Below, one piece after another: positions 1 to 9,700 of a stretch of 64,000 bases of DNA. The DNA is from Acidobacteriota bacterium (GTDB taxonomy: Bacteria; Acidobacteriota; CAIWXX01). Location: contig JBFMAF010000021.1 of the NCBI GenBank assembly GCA_040755995.1, forward strand, positions 1-64,000, read 5' to 3'. Position 1 is the stretch's first letter, and each line of letters starts with the position of its first letter. The translations under genes were made by a program, and so were the position numbers. The notes below the pieces were generated by a model. That model was not told the DNA's origin, searched no databases, and saw nothing but the letters and a program-made list of their open reading frames with translations.

Positions 1-118
1 GGCGTCACCCACCTCGATCCCCCAACGCCGCCCGAAAACGCCGAAACCATCATGTAGTGACCAAATCGAAAACCCGACCCAGGCTTTTCAATGACTTATG
101 GCAGCCTCCAGCAAACAT

Positions 119-144
119 GCGCTAGGCGCTAACGCGCCTAGCGC
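119..144. terminator. Perfect 11-bp inverted repeat hairpin downstream of the pilin gene (possible terminator or REP-like element)
   Basis: GCGCTAGGCGC-TAAC-GCGCCTAGCGC; no clear U-tract. Confidence 0.35.
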
Positions 145-256
145 GGCCGTTCGCGAGACCGGCCAGGTCCTCTCGTGCTCACGCAAGACCGGCGGGGTGA
201 GCTGGGACGAGAACGGCCCGGGACCCCGGGAGCGGGACGGCTTGCCCGAAGCGTCG

Positions 257-745
257 CTACTTATGCCCTGCCAGGCAGGTGAAGCGCCCGTCTGAGAAAT
301 AGATGTCGAACTGAAAAGACCTCAGGTCGTATTCGCCCAGCGAGGCCGCGAGATCATCTGCGCCGTAGCGTCCGAAACTATAGACGGAATAGGACGCCGC
401 CGTTGTGGCGCCTGCGAAGGCACCTGTCTCCGCGTAGTACATCGAATTCGACCATCCATCCGTCGTCGGGACCAGCTTGATGTAATAGGGCACCAGGAAT
501 GGTCGATCCAGAACCGCGTCTACCGTGCCCGTTCCCGCAGGCGGGTAGGTCTCGTCAATCTGATACTCCTCGATCGCCGACCCGAGATTCCGCAGGTCCG
601 CGGTCGTTCTCTTCTGTTTGCCCCGCTGGATCGCGGACATCAGCCCAGGTATTGCGATGGCCGCAATGAGAGCGATGAGAGATGCTGTGATGAGCAGCTC
701 AAGCAACGAGAAACCGCCGTTTCGGCGGCGATGCGGAAGCGTCAA
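257..745 (-). CDS. Type II secretion GspG-like pseudopilin / type IV pilin-like protein
   Basis: Class III signal RRRNGG|FSLLELLITASLIALIAAIAIP; C-terminal DGW..MYY and YSFGRYG as in T2SSG; start probably TTG at 745 after a GGAGGG RBS. Confidence 0.85.
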   Translation of the reverse strand: MTLPHRRRNGGFSLLELLITASLIALIAAIAIPGLMSAIQRGKQKRTTADLRNLGSAIEEYQIDETYPPAGTGTVDAVLDRPFLVPYYIKLVPTTDGWSNSMYYAETGAFAGATTAASYSVYSFGRYGADDLAASLGEYDLRSFQFDIYFSDGRFTCLAGHK

Positions 746-772
746 GAAACCCCCCTCCCGGCAGCACAAAAG

Positions 773-787
773 GCAAGAACCGTGCCA
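773..787 (-). promoter_or_regulatory. Sigma54 (-24/-12) promoter of the pilin gene
   Basis: Minus strand reads TGGCAC-GGTTC-TTGC, matching the TGGCAC-N5-TTGC consensus. Confidence 0.8.
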
Positions 788-803
788 GGGGGCCCGGCCT
801 GGG

Positions 804-816
804 AATCAATGAGTTG
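804..816. promoter_or_regulatory. IHF-type binding site upstream of the sigma54 promoter
   Basis: AATCAA-TGAG-TTG matches WATCAA-N4-TTR and lies between the promoter and AT-rich putative enhancer boxes at about 840-875. Confidence 0.55.
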
Positions 817-889
817 CGATGGTCTTCCGCACCCGACTTACAAAATTTGGCGACCCTGCGGGAAATAATTGACGCCCAATCCGGGCGGC

Positions 890-1834
890 TCAGTGGGCCA
901 ACGCCGCGCGTTCCGCGTCAGTATCGCGCGGAATGCGCTGCTGCGACGGTTCGTGAGTCACCTTGGTATAGGGCGGCACCGAGCTCGTGAGCCAGACGTT
1001 GCCGCCTATCACTGCCCCTCGCCCGATCACCGTGTCGCCGCCGAGAATCGTCGCACCCGCGTAGATCACTACCTCGTCTTCGATCGTGGGGTGTCGCTTC
1101 ACGCCACGAATGACCTTGCCTCGTTCGTCCTTGGGGAAACTCAGGGCGCCCAGGGTCACACCCTGGTAGATCTTCACGTGGTTGCCGATGTCGGTGGTCT
1201 CGCCAATCACGACGCCGGTCCCGTGATCGATGAAGAACGATTCGCCGATCCGTGCCCCAGGGTGAATGTCGATGCCGGTGCGGCTGTGAGCGAATTCAGT
1301 CATGATGCGCGGGAGCAACGGGACGCCGAGCAGCGTCAGCTCGTGCGCCACGCGATAGATGGTGATGGCCCGCAGCCCGGGATAGCAGAAGATGATCTCA
1401 TCGAACCCGCTCGCCGCGGGGTCTCCATCGTAAGCGGCTATGATGTCCTTGGCCAGAAGTCGCCGGATGTCGGGGATGCGATTGAGCAGGCTGACGACCG
1501 CCTGGTCTGCGAAGGCCCGGCATTCGTCCACCGGCTGGCATCGCTTGCGGCAGCGGTGCATCCATCCCATGTAGACCTGGTCGGCCAGCTCCTCTGCAAG
1601 CGAATCCAGGACAGATCCAACGTGATACTTGAGATTCCCTGCGCTCAGGTCCTGAAATCCGAAGTAGCCCGGATAGAGGACCTCCAGGAAGCGGTCCAGG
1701 ATGGAGATGACGGCAGTCCTGGATGGCAGCGGCGAGCTGCCGATGTTTTCTTGTTCGACACCGAATCGACCGTAGGTATCTACGATGTTGTCAACCGCTG
1801 TCGCGAGACTGTCCTTTATCAGGTCCTTGCTCAT
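890..1834 (-). CDS. cysE: Serine O-acetyltransferase (EpsC/CysE type)
   Basis: [37 protein letters not shown] motifs; start MSKDL after AGGGGA RBS. Confidence 0.93.
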   Translation of the reverse strand: MSKDLIKDSLATAVDNIVDTYGRFGVEQENIGSSPLPSRTAVISILDRFLEVLYPGYFGFQDLSAGNLKYHVGSVLDSLAEELADQVYMGWMHRCRKRCQPVDECRAFADQAVVSLLNRIPDIRRLLAKDIIAAYDGDPAASGFDEIIFCYPGLRAITIYRVAHELTLLGVPLLPRIMTEFAHSRTGIDIHPGARIGESFFIDHGTGVVIGETTDIGNHVKIYQGVTLGALSFPKDERGKVIRGVKRHPTIEDEVVIYAGATILGGDTVIGRGAVIGGNVWLTSSVPPYTKVTHEPSQQRIPRDTDAERAALAH

Positions 1835-2016
1835 ATCGGTTCCCCTTTGTGGATGCATCGCATGAGCCGTATCGGGGCTGCCGGCTGTGCGCGCCCGGCG
1901 GCAGTGGCACCGGCAACGATCCGGTGGTCCAGACGACACCAGTAGGTCGCGCACATCCGTCCACCCTGCTCATCAGACTCATGCCCCAGACGAGATTATA
2001 GATACCGGCACGATTC

Positions 2017-2049
2017 CAATGCAAAAGGCAAAATGCAAAGTGCAAAATG
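2017..2049. repeat. Heptamer tandem repeat (AATGCAA-like, about 4 copies)
   Basis: caatgcaaaaggcaaaatgcaaagtgcaaaatg. Confidence 0.6.
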
Positions 2050-2114
2050 TTGAAGAGCGGGAGCAGCCCTGATAGAGTGTCTGGTTCGATTTCATCGCAG
2101 GGGGAGAGAAGACT

Positions 2115-3149
2115 GTGCTGCCGACGATTGAATGGAGAGACGGATCGGTCGTCATGATCGATCAGCGCGTGCTTCCGGGCTCGGAGGCATACGTGCATGC
2201 GAGGACTCACGAGGAGGTCGCTCAGGCGATTGAGACCATGGTGATTCGCGGGGCGCCTGCCATCGGGGTGGCGGTCGGGATGGGAATCGCCTTGGGCGTG
2301 CTCAATTGTGACGACAGCCTTTCCCACGACCAGATCAGGGCGGAATTCAGCCGGATCTGCGATCGCCTGCACCGCACGCGCCCGACCGCCGTCAATCTTT
2401 TCTGGGCCATCAAACGAATGCGGCGGGTGTTCGACGAGGCCCTGCCGGCCGGGCTGCCTGCCTTGCGCAGGCGTTTGAAGGAAGAGGCACTCTCGATCGA
2501 GCGCGAGGACGTCGAGATGTGCCGGACGATGGGCCGGCATGGACGTGCGTTGATCCCGAAATCGGCGCGTGTTCTCACGCATTGCAACGCGGGGGCGTTG
2601 GCCACCGCAGGCTACGGCACGGCGCTCGGCGTGATTCGGGCCGCCCACGAAGCTGACCCAACCGTGACAGTCTATGCAGATGAGACTCGTCCCTTTCTGC
2701 AAGGGGCTCGGCTCACCGCCTGGGAACTGATGAAGGACTCCATCCCGGTGACACTCATCACCGACAACATGGCCGGCTACATGATGAACCAAGGGGTCAT
2801 CACGTGCGTGGTGGTGGGCGCCGATCGAATCGCGGCCAACGGAGACACTGCCAACAAGATAGGGACTTACTCGGTCGCCGTGCTGGCGCATGAGAACGGC
2901 ATTCCGTTCTACGTGGCCGCCCCCTACTCGACCTTCGACATGAGCATCGAGTCGGGCAAGCAGATACCGATAGAGGAGAGGGACCCCAGGGAGGTCACCG
3001 TCGTGAACCGCGCACGCATCGCGCCGGAGGGTGTCGGCGTGCGCAATCCCGCGTTCGACGTGACGCCCGCTCGCTTCATAAGCGCCTTCATCACCGACCG
3101 CGGCCTGCTTCTCCCGCCATACCCGGAGACTCTGGCCGCGATGCGCTAG
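2115..3149 (+). CDS. mtnA: S-methyl-5-thioribose-1-phosphate isomerase
   Basis: [45 protein letters not shown] motifs. Confidence 0.96.
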   Translation: MLPTIEWRDGSVVMIDQRVLPGSEAYVHARTHEEVAQAIETMVIRGAPAIGVAVGMGIALGVLNCDDSLSHDQIRAEFSRICDRLHRTRPTAVNLFWAIKRMRRVFDEALPAGLPALRRRLKEEALSIEREDVEMCRTMGRHGRALIPKSARVLTHCNAGALATAGYGTALGVIRAAHEADPTVTVYADETRPFLQGARLTAWELMKDSIPVTLITDNMAGYMMNQGVITCVVVGADRIAANGDTANKIGTYSVAVLAHENGIPFYVAAPYSTFDMSIESGKQIPIEERDPREVTVVNRARIAPEGVGVRNPAFDVTPARFISAFITDRGLLLPPYPETLAAMR

Positions 3150-3200
3150 CGGAGGGGTTGCGGTGGGACGGACGGACGAGGTCAGCGGGAGCATCGCGAC

Positions 3201-4187
3201 ATGCATGTCCTGGGCATAGAGACGTCCTGCGACGAAGCGTCTGCTGCCGTCGTGGAAGACGGCCGCCATGTGCTATCCAACGTCATCTACTCTCAGGATC
3301 ATATCCATGGACGCTACGGAGGTGTCGTTCCGGAGCTCGCTAGCCGAGAGCACCTTCGCAGGATCGATTCTGTGGTCGCCGCAGCGTTGGAGCAGGCTGG
3401 TAAGAGTCTGCAGGATATCGACGCCTTCGGCGTCACCTGCGGCCCGGGCTTGATCGGCTCTCTGCTCGTCGGCGTCTGTTATGCAAAATCCCTGGCGTAC
3501 TACTTCGACAAACCACTCATCGGGGTCAACCACCTCGTGGGGCACATGCACGCCGTATTTCTCGAGCACGATGAGCCGAAGAGGCCCTACATCACGCTGA
3601 TCGTCTCAGGTGGCCACACGAGCCTCGTGTATTCGAACGAGGACGGGTCGGTGACGACCCTGGGTCGCACTCGCGACGATGCCGCCGGCGAGGCGTTCGA
3701 CAAGGTCGCCAAGATGCTCGGCCTGGGCTACCCCGGCGGGCCCAAGATCGAGAAGCTGGCGACCGGCGCGGAGCCGTCAATCCGTTTCTCCCGCGTAAGA
3801 ATCACTGACCGAAGCCTCGACTTCAGCTTCTCAGGTTTGAAGACGGCAGTCCTCTACCATCTGCGAGATAAGCCCGCGACGGAGTCGTCGATCCCATCGC
3901 TATGCGCATCCTTTCAGAAGGCGTGCGTGGATACGCTCGTCGAGCAGACGGCGCGAGCCCTCGACGACTATCCTGCAAATGCGCTGCTCCTTTGTGGCGG
4001 TGTGGCCTGCAATCGAAGCCTCCGGTCGGCCTTCTCCGCGCTGGCGTCCAGATACGCACTCCCGTGCCTCTACCCTTCTCCCAGACTCTGCATGGACAAC
4101 GGTGCCATGATCGCCGCAGCAGCGACGGACGCAGGCAGGCCCATCTCGCCTCTCGATCTCGACGGCGACCCCAACCTCAAGATTTAG
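3201..4187 (+). CDS. tsaD: tRNA N6-adenosine threonylcarbamoyltransferase
   Basis: GIETSCDE, GGVVPELASREH, NHLVGH, SGGHT, DDAAGEAFDK, FSFSGLKT, DNGAMIA. Confidence 0.96.
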   Translation: MHVLGIETSCDEASAAVVEDGRHVLSNVIYSQDHIHGRYGGVVPELASREHLRRIDSVVAAALEQAGKSLQDIDAFGVTCGPGLIGSLLVGVCYAKSLAYYFDKPLIGVNHLVGHMHAVFLEHDEPKRPYITLIVSGGHTSLVYSNEDGSVTTLGRTRDDAAGEAFDKVAKMLGLGYPGGPKIEKLATGAEPSIRFSRVRITDRSLDFSFSGLKTAVLYHLRDKPATESSIPSLCASFQKACVDTLVEQTARALDDYPANALLLCGGVACNRSLRSAFSALASRYALPCLYPSPRLCMDNGAMIAAAATDAGRPISPLDLDGDPNLKI

Positions 4188-4276
4188 CGAGGCGCAGCCT
4201 CGGCCCGAAGAACCATGGTAGGCAGTGTCGGCCGCCCGTCGTGTGAAGAGTAGAGAGTGCATGATCTGGCGGGAAG

Positions 4277-4351
4277 TGGTAGCGCTACGGGGATTCGAAC
4301 CCCGGTTTGATGGCTGAGAACCACCCGTCCTAACCCCTAGACGATAGCGCC
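4277..4351 (-). tRNA. tRNA-Glu (anticodon CTC)
   Basis: Minus strand GGCGCTATCGTCTAGGGGTTAGGACGGGTGGTTCTCAGCCATCAAACCGGGGTTCGAATCCCCGTAGCGCTACCA; cloverleaf, GTTCGAA T-loop, encoded CCA. Confidence 0.96.
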
Positions 4352-4461
4352 GTGGAGCAATGCGGAGGGTAGCACTTGGGGGTGTCAGTGTCAAGGCATC
4401 CACGAGAGAGAATCCACGAGAACCCACCCGAGACGTGAGACGCGGAGACGCGGATCCTCCG

Positions 4462-4490
4462 TTGACATGTCCGGCGCATGATGCTACCTT
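4462..4490 (+). promoter_or_regulatory. Sigma70-type promoter of the FHA-activator gene
   Basis: TTGACA-17 nt-TACCTT with an extended -10 TG. Confidence 0.55.
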
Positions 4491-4525
4491 CGCACGTATA
4501 TGAACAGCCGGAGAGGGTTTGTCGG

Positions 4526-5668
4526 ATGATGCGCCAGATGTACAGGCTGATCGCCTTTTCCGGGGACGATCGCGGGCGCGAGTGGCCGCTGCGGCTGGGG
4601 CGGAACACCCTCGGACGCGCGCTCGGGACCGACGTGCAGCTCCAGGATGGGAAAGCCTCCCGCGTCCACTGTGCGATCGACTTCACCGACGACGGCGTGT
4701 GGATCGAGGACCTGGGGAGTCTGAACTCGACTTACGTCAACGGCCGCCGGATCGAGAAGGAGAGAATCTCCAACGGCTGCCAGATCACGATCGGAGACAC
4801 CAATCTTCTGCTGAACGAGGTGCAGGAGGATGAAGGGGAATACCTCGAGAGGACGGTCGTGCAAACGGTCTCGGGGCCGCGCAAGCTGCGGGATTACGAG
4901 GAGCAGCTGATGGGGCACGGCATCGTCGGTCAGAGCGGGGCGATGGTCGGCGTTCTGGACCTCATTGATCGGGTAGCTCAGACGGATGCCCCGGTGCTCG
5001 TGTCGGGGCCCCCTGGGAGCGGCAAGGAGCTCTGCGCTTACGCCATACACTGGAGGGGCGCGAGGCGCGAGAAGAGCTTCGTGCCGATCGGCTGTGCCGC
5101 CCTGTCAGACCGCCTGCTGGAGAGCCTGCTGTTCGGCCACGAGCGCGGCGCCTTCGCCGGGGCCACCACAACGCGCGACGGGGCGCTCCACTATGCCAAA
5201 GGCGGCACCATTTACCTCGAGGAGATCGCCGAGATGCCGTTGGGCTGCCAGGCGAAGCTCCTGCGAGTGATCGAGGACCAGACGTTCTTCAGGCTCGGGA
5301 GCGACAAGCCGGAGCTAGTCGAGAGCCGCATCGTCACTTCCACCAGCCAGGACCTTGAGCAGGCAGTTCGAGAGAAGCTCTTCCGGCAGGATCTGCTCTA
5401 TTCTCTGAACGCCGTCAGGTTGGAGATCCCTCCGCTCTCACAACGAGGCCAGGACATCAGACTGCTGGCAGAGCAGTTGATCGAGAAGGTCTGTTGCCGT
5501 TATTCGGTGCCGCCGAAGACGCTGTCGCCGGATGCTATAGAGGCGCTCGAAACTTACGATTGGCCCGGCAACGTGCGCGAGCTGCACTCGTGCATGGAGC
5601 GCGCTGTGCTGCTCGGCGGCTCCACCCTCATTCTCCCCGGCGACCTGGGTCTAAGATTGCGGCGCTGA
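4526..5668 (+). CDS. FHA domain plus degenerate sigma54-interaction AAA+ domain protein, no C-terminal HTH
   Basis: FHA: LGR...ASRVH...DLGSLNSTYVNG. AAA+: GPPGSGKE, ESLLFGHERGAFAGA, YLEEI, WPGNVREL. Start chosen after the GGAGAGG RBS. Confidence 0.85.
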   Translation: MMRQMYRLIAFSGDDRGREWPLRLGRNTLGRALGTDVQLQDGKASRVHCAIDFTDDGVWIEDLGSLNSTYVNGRRIEKERISNGCQITIGDTNLLLNEVQEDEGEYLERTVVQTVSGPRKLRDYEEQLMGHGIVGQSGAMVGVLDLIDRVAQTDAPVLVSGPPGSGKELCAYAIHWRGARREKSFVPIGCAALSDRLLESLLFGHERGAFAGATTTRDGALHYAKGGTIYLEEIAEMPLGCQAKLLRVIEDQTFFRLGSDKPELVESRIVTSTSQDLEQAVREKLFRQDLLYSLNAVRLEIPPLSQRGQDIRLLAEQLIEKVCCRYSVPPKTLSPDAIEALETYDWPGNVRELHSCMERAVLLGGSTLILPGDLGLRLRR

Positions 5669-5697
5669 TCGAGTGAAGCCGGCCGGTGCGGCCCGGT

Positions 5698-6594
5698 TCA
5701 GCCGCCCCGGAGGACGTGCCTGAGAGCCGACTCGATGTCGGGGTGGCGGAACGTGAATCCGCATGCGAGCAGCCTTGCGGGCACCAGACGAGCGCTGGCG
5801 AGCAGCAGGTCTTCCGCCATCTCGCCCAGCGCAAGACGGGCGATTCGCGCGGGCATTCTGAATACGGTCGGGCGTGAGAGGGCCTTGCCCAGCGCGCGGG
5901 TGAACTCGGCGTTCGTCACCGGGTTGGGAGCGACGGCATTGACGGGCCCTTCCAGCCCCTCGTTCTCCAGCGCGTGGCGTATGACACCCACGAGGTCATC
6001 CAGCGAAACCCAGCTCATGTACTGACGGCCGTCGCCGATGGTCCCGCCGACACCGAGTTTGAACGGCGTGATCATCCTCGCAAGAGCTCCGCCCAGCGCG
6101 CTCAGCACAAGCCCGGATCTCAGATGAACAACCCTTATGCCGGCTTCCCGTGCCGGGTCGGCTGCGGCCTCCCACTCGCGGCACACATCCGCAAGAAAGC
6201 CGCTCCCCGGCGGGCTCTCCTCGCGCAGCACCTCGTCACCACGGTCGCCGTAGTAGCCCATCGCCGACGCGCTCACGAGCACAGCCGGGCGATCCAGCAG
6301 TCTCGCCAGCGCCTCGCAAAGCAGGCGAGTGCCGCGCACACGGCTGTCTCGGATGCGCGCCTTCTTCCGTCGCGTCCAGCGACCCTCCGCGATGCTCTCG
6401 CCAGCCAGGTGAATCACTGCTCCAATCCCGTGCAAAGCAGCTCTATCGATCTTCCCCGCTGCAGGATCCCAGCGAACGCCCGTATCCGAGCTTGTCGTGC
6501 GCACCAGACGGACCACATCGTGGCCTGCTGCTTGGAGATAGTTGATTGTGGCTGGGCCGATCAACCCCGAAGCCCCACTCACCAGCACCCGCAT
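5698..6594 (-). CDS. TIGR01777/YfcH-family NAD-dependent epimerase-like protein
   Basis: VSGASGLIG, HLAGESIAEGRWT, SASAMGYYG, GGTIGDGRQYMSW. Confidence 0.92.
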   Translation of the reverse strand: MRVLVSGASGLIGPATINYLQAAGHDVVRLVRTTSSDTGVRWDPAAGKIDRAALHGIGAVIHLAGESIAEGRWTRRKKARIRDSRVRGTRLLCEALARLLDRPAVLVSASAMGYYGDRGDEVLREESPPGSGFLADVCREWEAAADPAREAGIRVVHLRSGLVLSALGGALARMITPFKLGVGGTIGDGRQYMSWVSLDDLVGVIRHALENEGLEGPVNAVAPNPVTNAEFTRALGKALSRPTVFRMPARIARLALGEMAEDLLLASARLVPARLLACGFTFRHPDIESALRHVLRGG

Positions 6595-6755
6595 TCCCGC
6601 ACCTCCGTCCCCGTGACCCCAGCCCCGCCCCAACCCTATGAGCCTATCACTTGCGAGCAGCGATGTGATAGAGTTCGCGACCAGGATGTGGGGTGCAAAC
6701 CTCGTCGCGGGAATCACGGTGTAAACGAATCGCACGTCTCAGAGGGAGGCGAAAA

Positions 6756-9700
6756 ATGAGAAGGCAATTCAGGTGGTCTTTTCTCTTCTCCGCGCTCATG
6801 CAGCTGTCGTGCGCTGGGCTGTTCGCGGCGGACGATGGGCTCTCGGTGGTGCAGGCGGGCCCCGAGGGCGAGATCTCCCAGCTCGAAGAGGCCAACGAAA
6901 TCCGCGTGCGGTTTTCGGAGCCGATGGTGGCGCTCGGACGCATACCCGAGACTGTGACCGCGCCGTACTTCAAGGTTACCCCGTTCATCAAGGGCGCGTT
7001 CCGCTGGTCTGGCACGAGCCAGCTCATCTTCACTCCGGACCACCAGACGCCGCTTCCCTACTGCACCAAGTACACGGTCACCGTAGACACCTCCGCTGAG
7101 TCCATCGACGGAAGCCGCCTCGCGAAGCCGTACGAGTTCAGCTTCACGACGCCGACGGTCCGGCTGCTCCGCAGCGGCTGGCACCGGAAATCCGCTCGAT
7201 ACGACTCGCCGGCGATCTTCGCGTTCCGGTTCAATCAGCAGGTTTCGGCCAAGGCGGTGATCAGCCACCTGAAGCTGCGATACAACAGCTACAAATGGAC
7301 TGCGCCCGAGTTTCAGAAAGAAGTGATGGCGAGGCTCCCTAACGAGGCGCCTGACGCTTTCGTGGATTTCCAGAAGAAGGTTGCGGAGACCACGATGGTC
7401 ACGCAGTCCACGGCGCCGGTGGCGTTCTCGATCGCCTCTGATTGGGACAAGGTGACATATCCTCCCGGGAGCGATCTCGTCGTAGTGCAGACCAGCGTGG
7501 CGCCGCCGCCACAGGCTCAGATTGTCGCCGAATTCGACGCGCAGCTGCCCGGTGTCGAAGGCAAGGAGACGCCCGCAACGAAGCAGTCGTATCTGTTCAA
7601 GATGGAGCCCGCTTTCTTCGTCAAGCACCTGGAGTGCTCGGCGCAGTGCAGCGTCGAGTTCTACAACGCGATCTGCTTCAAGGGCACAGTTTCGGTGGAC
7701 GACGTGCGATCGAAGCTCGGCGTGCGTGACGTGACCGATCCACAGAACGAGACGCGGGTCCCTTCGACTGTGAAGAAGACGGAGGAAGAGGAGGAGGAAG
7801 AGGGCGGGTACTGGGAGGACGACGAGGAGATCACGACGTCGGTCTCGTTTGACAGGCTCGGCCTTCAGGTCAAGCCGGCGCGAACGTATCTGTTCAGAAT
7901 CGAGAAGGACCTGACTGCGGCCGACGGCCAGAAGCTCGGTTATACGTGGTACGGCCAGGTGGAATACTGGCACAAGAGTGCGTTTACGAGCTTCGGGACG
8001 GGACATGGGGTGTGGGAGTCTTCGGGTGGACCGCAGCTCCCGTTTTACGCCCGCAACCTGACGCGGATCAGCGAGTGGATTGCCGCGGTGAAGCCCGAGG
8101 AGCTGGTCCCGACGATCCTCAAGATAGACGGATGGCAGCTGAAGCCGGACGGGACGCCCGAGCGGAGCGGCCAGTCGAACATGCCGCCGCCGGTCGAGCC
8201 CGTGGTCCGGAGGCTGAAGCCCGAGCGCGATACGATTCAGTCGTTCGGACTGAACCTCGCCAGGTTCCTGTCACCTTCCGGGACGGGGCTGGCGTGGGCG
8301 GCCATCCAGGGACGTGATGCCATACCGCGCAGCTACCGGATCGAGCATGACCCGAACGCCACCTTGGTCCAGGTGACGAACCTCGGCATCAGCGTCAAAG
8401 ACAGCCCGCAGAATACGCTCATCATGGTCACTCGCCTCGATGACGGCATGCCCGTCGAAGGGGCCCAGGTCGAGATACGAACGCTCGACAACCGCGTGTT
8501 CTGGAGCGGCGTCACCGGTGCGGACGGAGTCGTCGTGGCTCCTGACACCGACATGCGCGCAGGCCTGAAGCTGGACCGGTGGGAAATCCCGTGGACGCTC
8601 GCGTTTGTCGTCACCGCGCGCAAGGGGGAGGACTACGCGTACGCCTGCAGCGACTGGAACGACGGCATCCGCAGCTGGGACTTCGGCATCGGCTACAATC
8701 CCGACGAGGCCAAGCCGCTGCTCCGCGGCACGGTCTTCGCGGACCGCGGCGTGTACAAGCTCGGCGAGGAGGTCCATCTCAAGGCGATTCTTCGCTCCGA
8801 CACAGTCACAGGGATCAAGTTCATCCCGCCGGACGCGAAGCTGAACCTGGTGCTGCGCGACTCCGAGGGCGAGGATGTCTCGAAGCAGACGACGCTGCTC
8901 TCCGAGTGGGGCACCACCGACTGGGTCTGGAGACTCCCGACAGACGGACCTCTGGGCCCATACACCGTAGAGGCGGAAGTCTCCGGCCAGCAGGGGTCAG
9001 TCTACGGCAACTTCCTCGTGGCGGCTTATCGCAGGCCCGATTTCCGCGTGGACGCGAATCTCGGCGGCGCCGATGACATCGCCGGGGCCGCGCTCAAAGG
9101 TGTGATCACTGGACGCTATCTTTTCGGCGCTCCGATGGCCGAGCGGGACGTGCGGATCACATACTACAAAGTGCCGGTGGGCAACGTCCCGCAGGCCGTG
9201 ACCGACCGCTTCCCGGCAGAGCGTTACGCGTACTTGCTGGAGGCGTGGCAGAGCTCGCCGCCTTCGGAGACGCAAACGATTCTGACGAAGGAAGACAAGC
9301 TTGGGCCGGACGGCTCGATCAGCCTCGATCTCGAGACCGAGCTGAAGGCCGGCTACCCGTACCAGTACACGCTCGAGGGTGAGGTGACAGACGTCTCGCG
9401 CCAGACGATCGCCGGCAGCGCCGGCTTCGTTGTGCATCCCGCGCCGTGGTACCTGGCCCTCAAACGCCCCAGCTTCTTCGTTGACTCCAAGGACGGCCTG
9501 CATTCCGAAATTCTGGCCGTCACTCCGCGAGGCGATGCGGTCCCCGGTGTCAAGGTGACGGCGACGCTGAACCAGGTGCAGTGGAACAGCGTCAGGCACG
9601 CCGAGGGCGGCGGCTTCTACTGGTGGGAGAGCCAGAGGGTCGAGAAGGAGCGGTGGACGGGAGAAGTCACGACCGCCGGACAACCGGTACCCATCGATGT

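Noticed and set aside
1791..3269. Long antisense or alternate-frame ORFs (e.g. 869-1945, 1791-3269, 6714-8006, 22892-24397, 44354-45850)
   Set aside because: Shadow ORFs of well-supported genes in high-GC DNA; no recognisable motifs
4277..4351. tRNA-Glu (and tRNA-Arg at 55632) as island integration sites
   Set aside because: No integrase and no duplicated tRNA 3' end seen; both are flanked by ordinary genes
7780..7830. GAG/GAA-rich run in A2M as a phase-variable repeat
   Set aside because: In-frame mixed-codon poly-Glu linker, not a slippage tract
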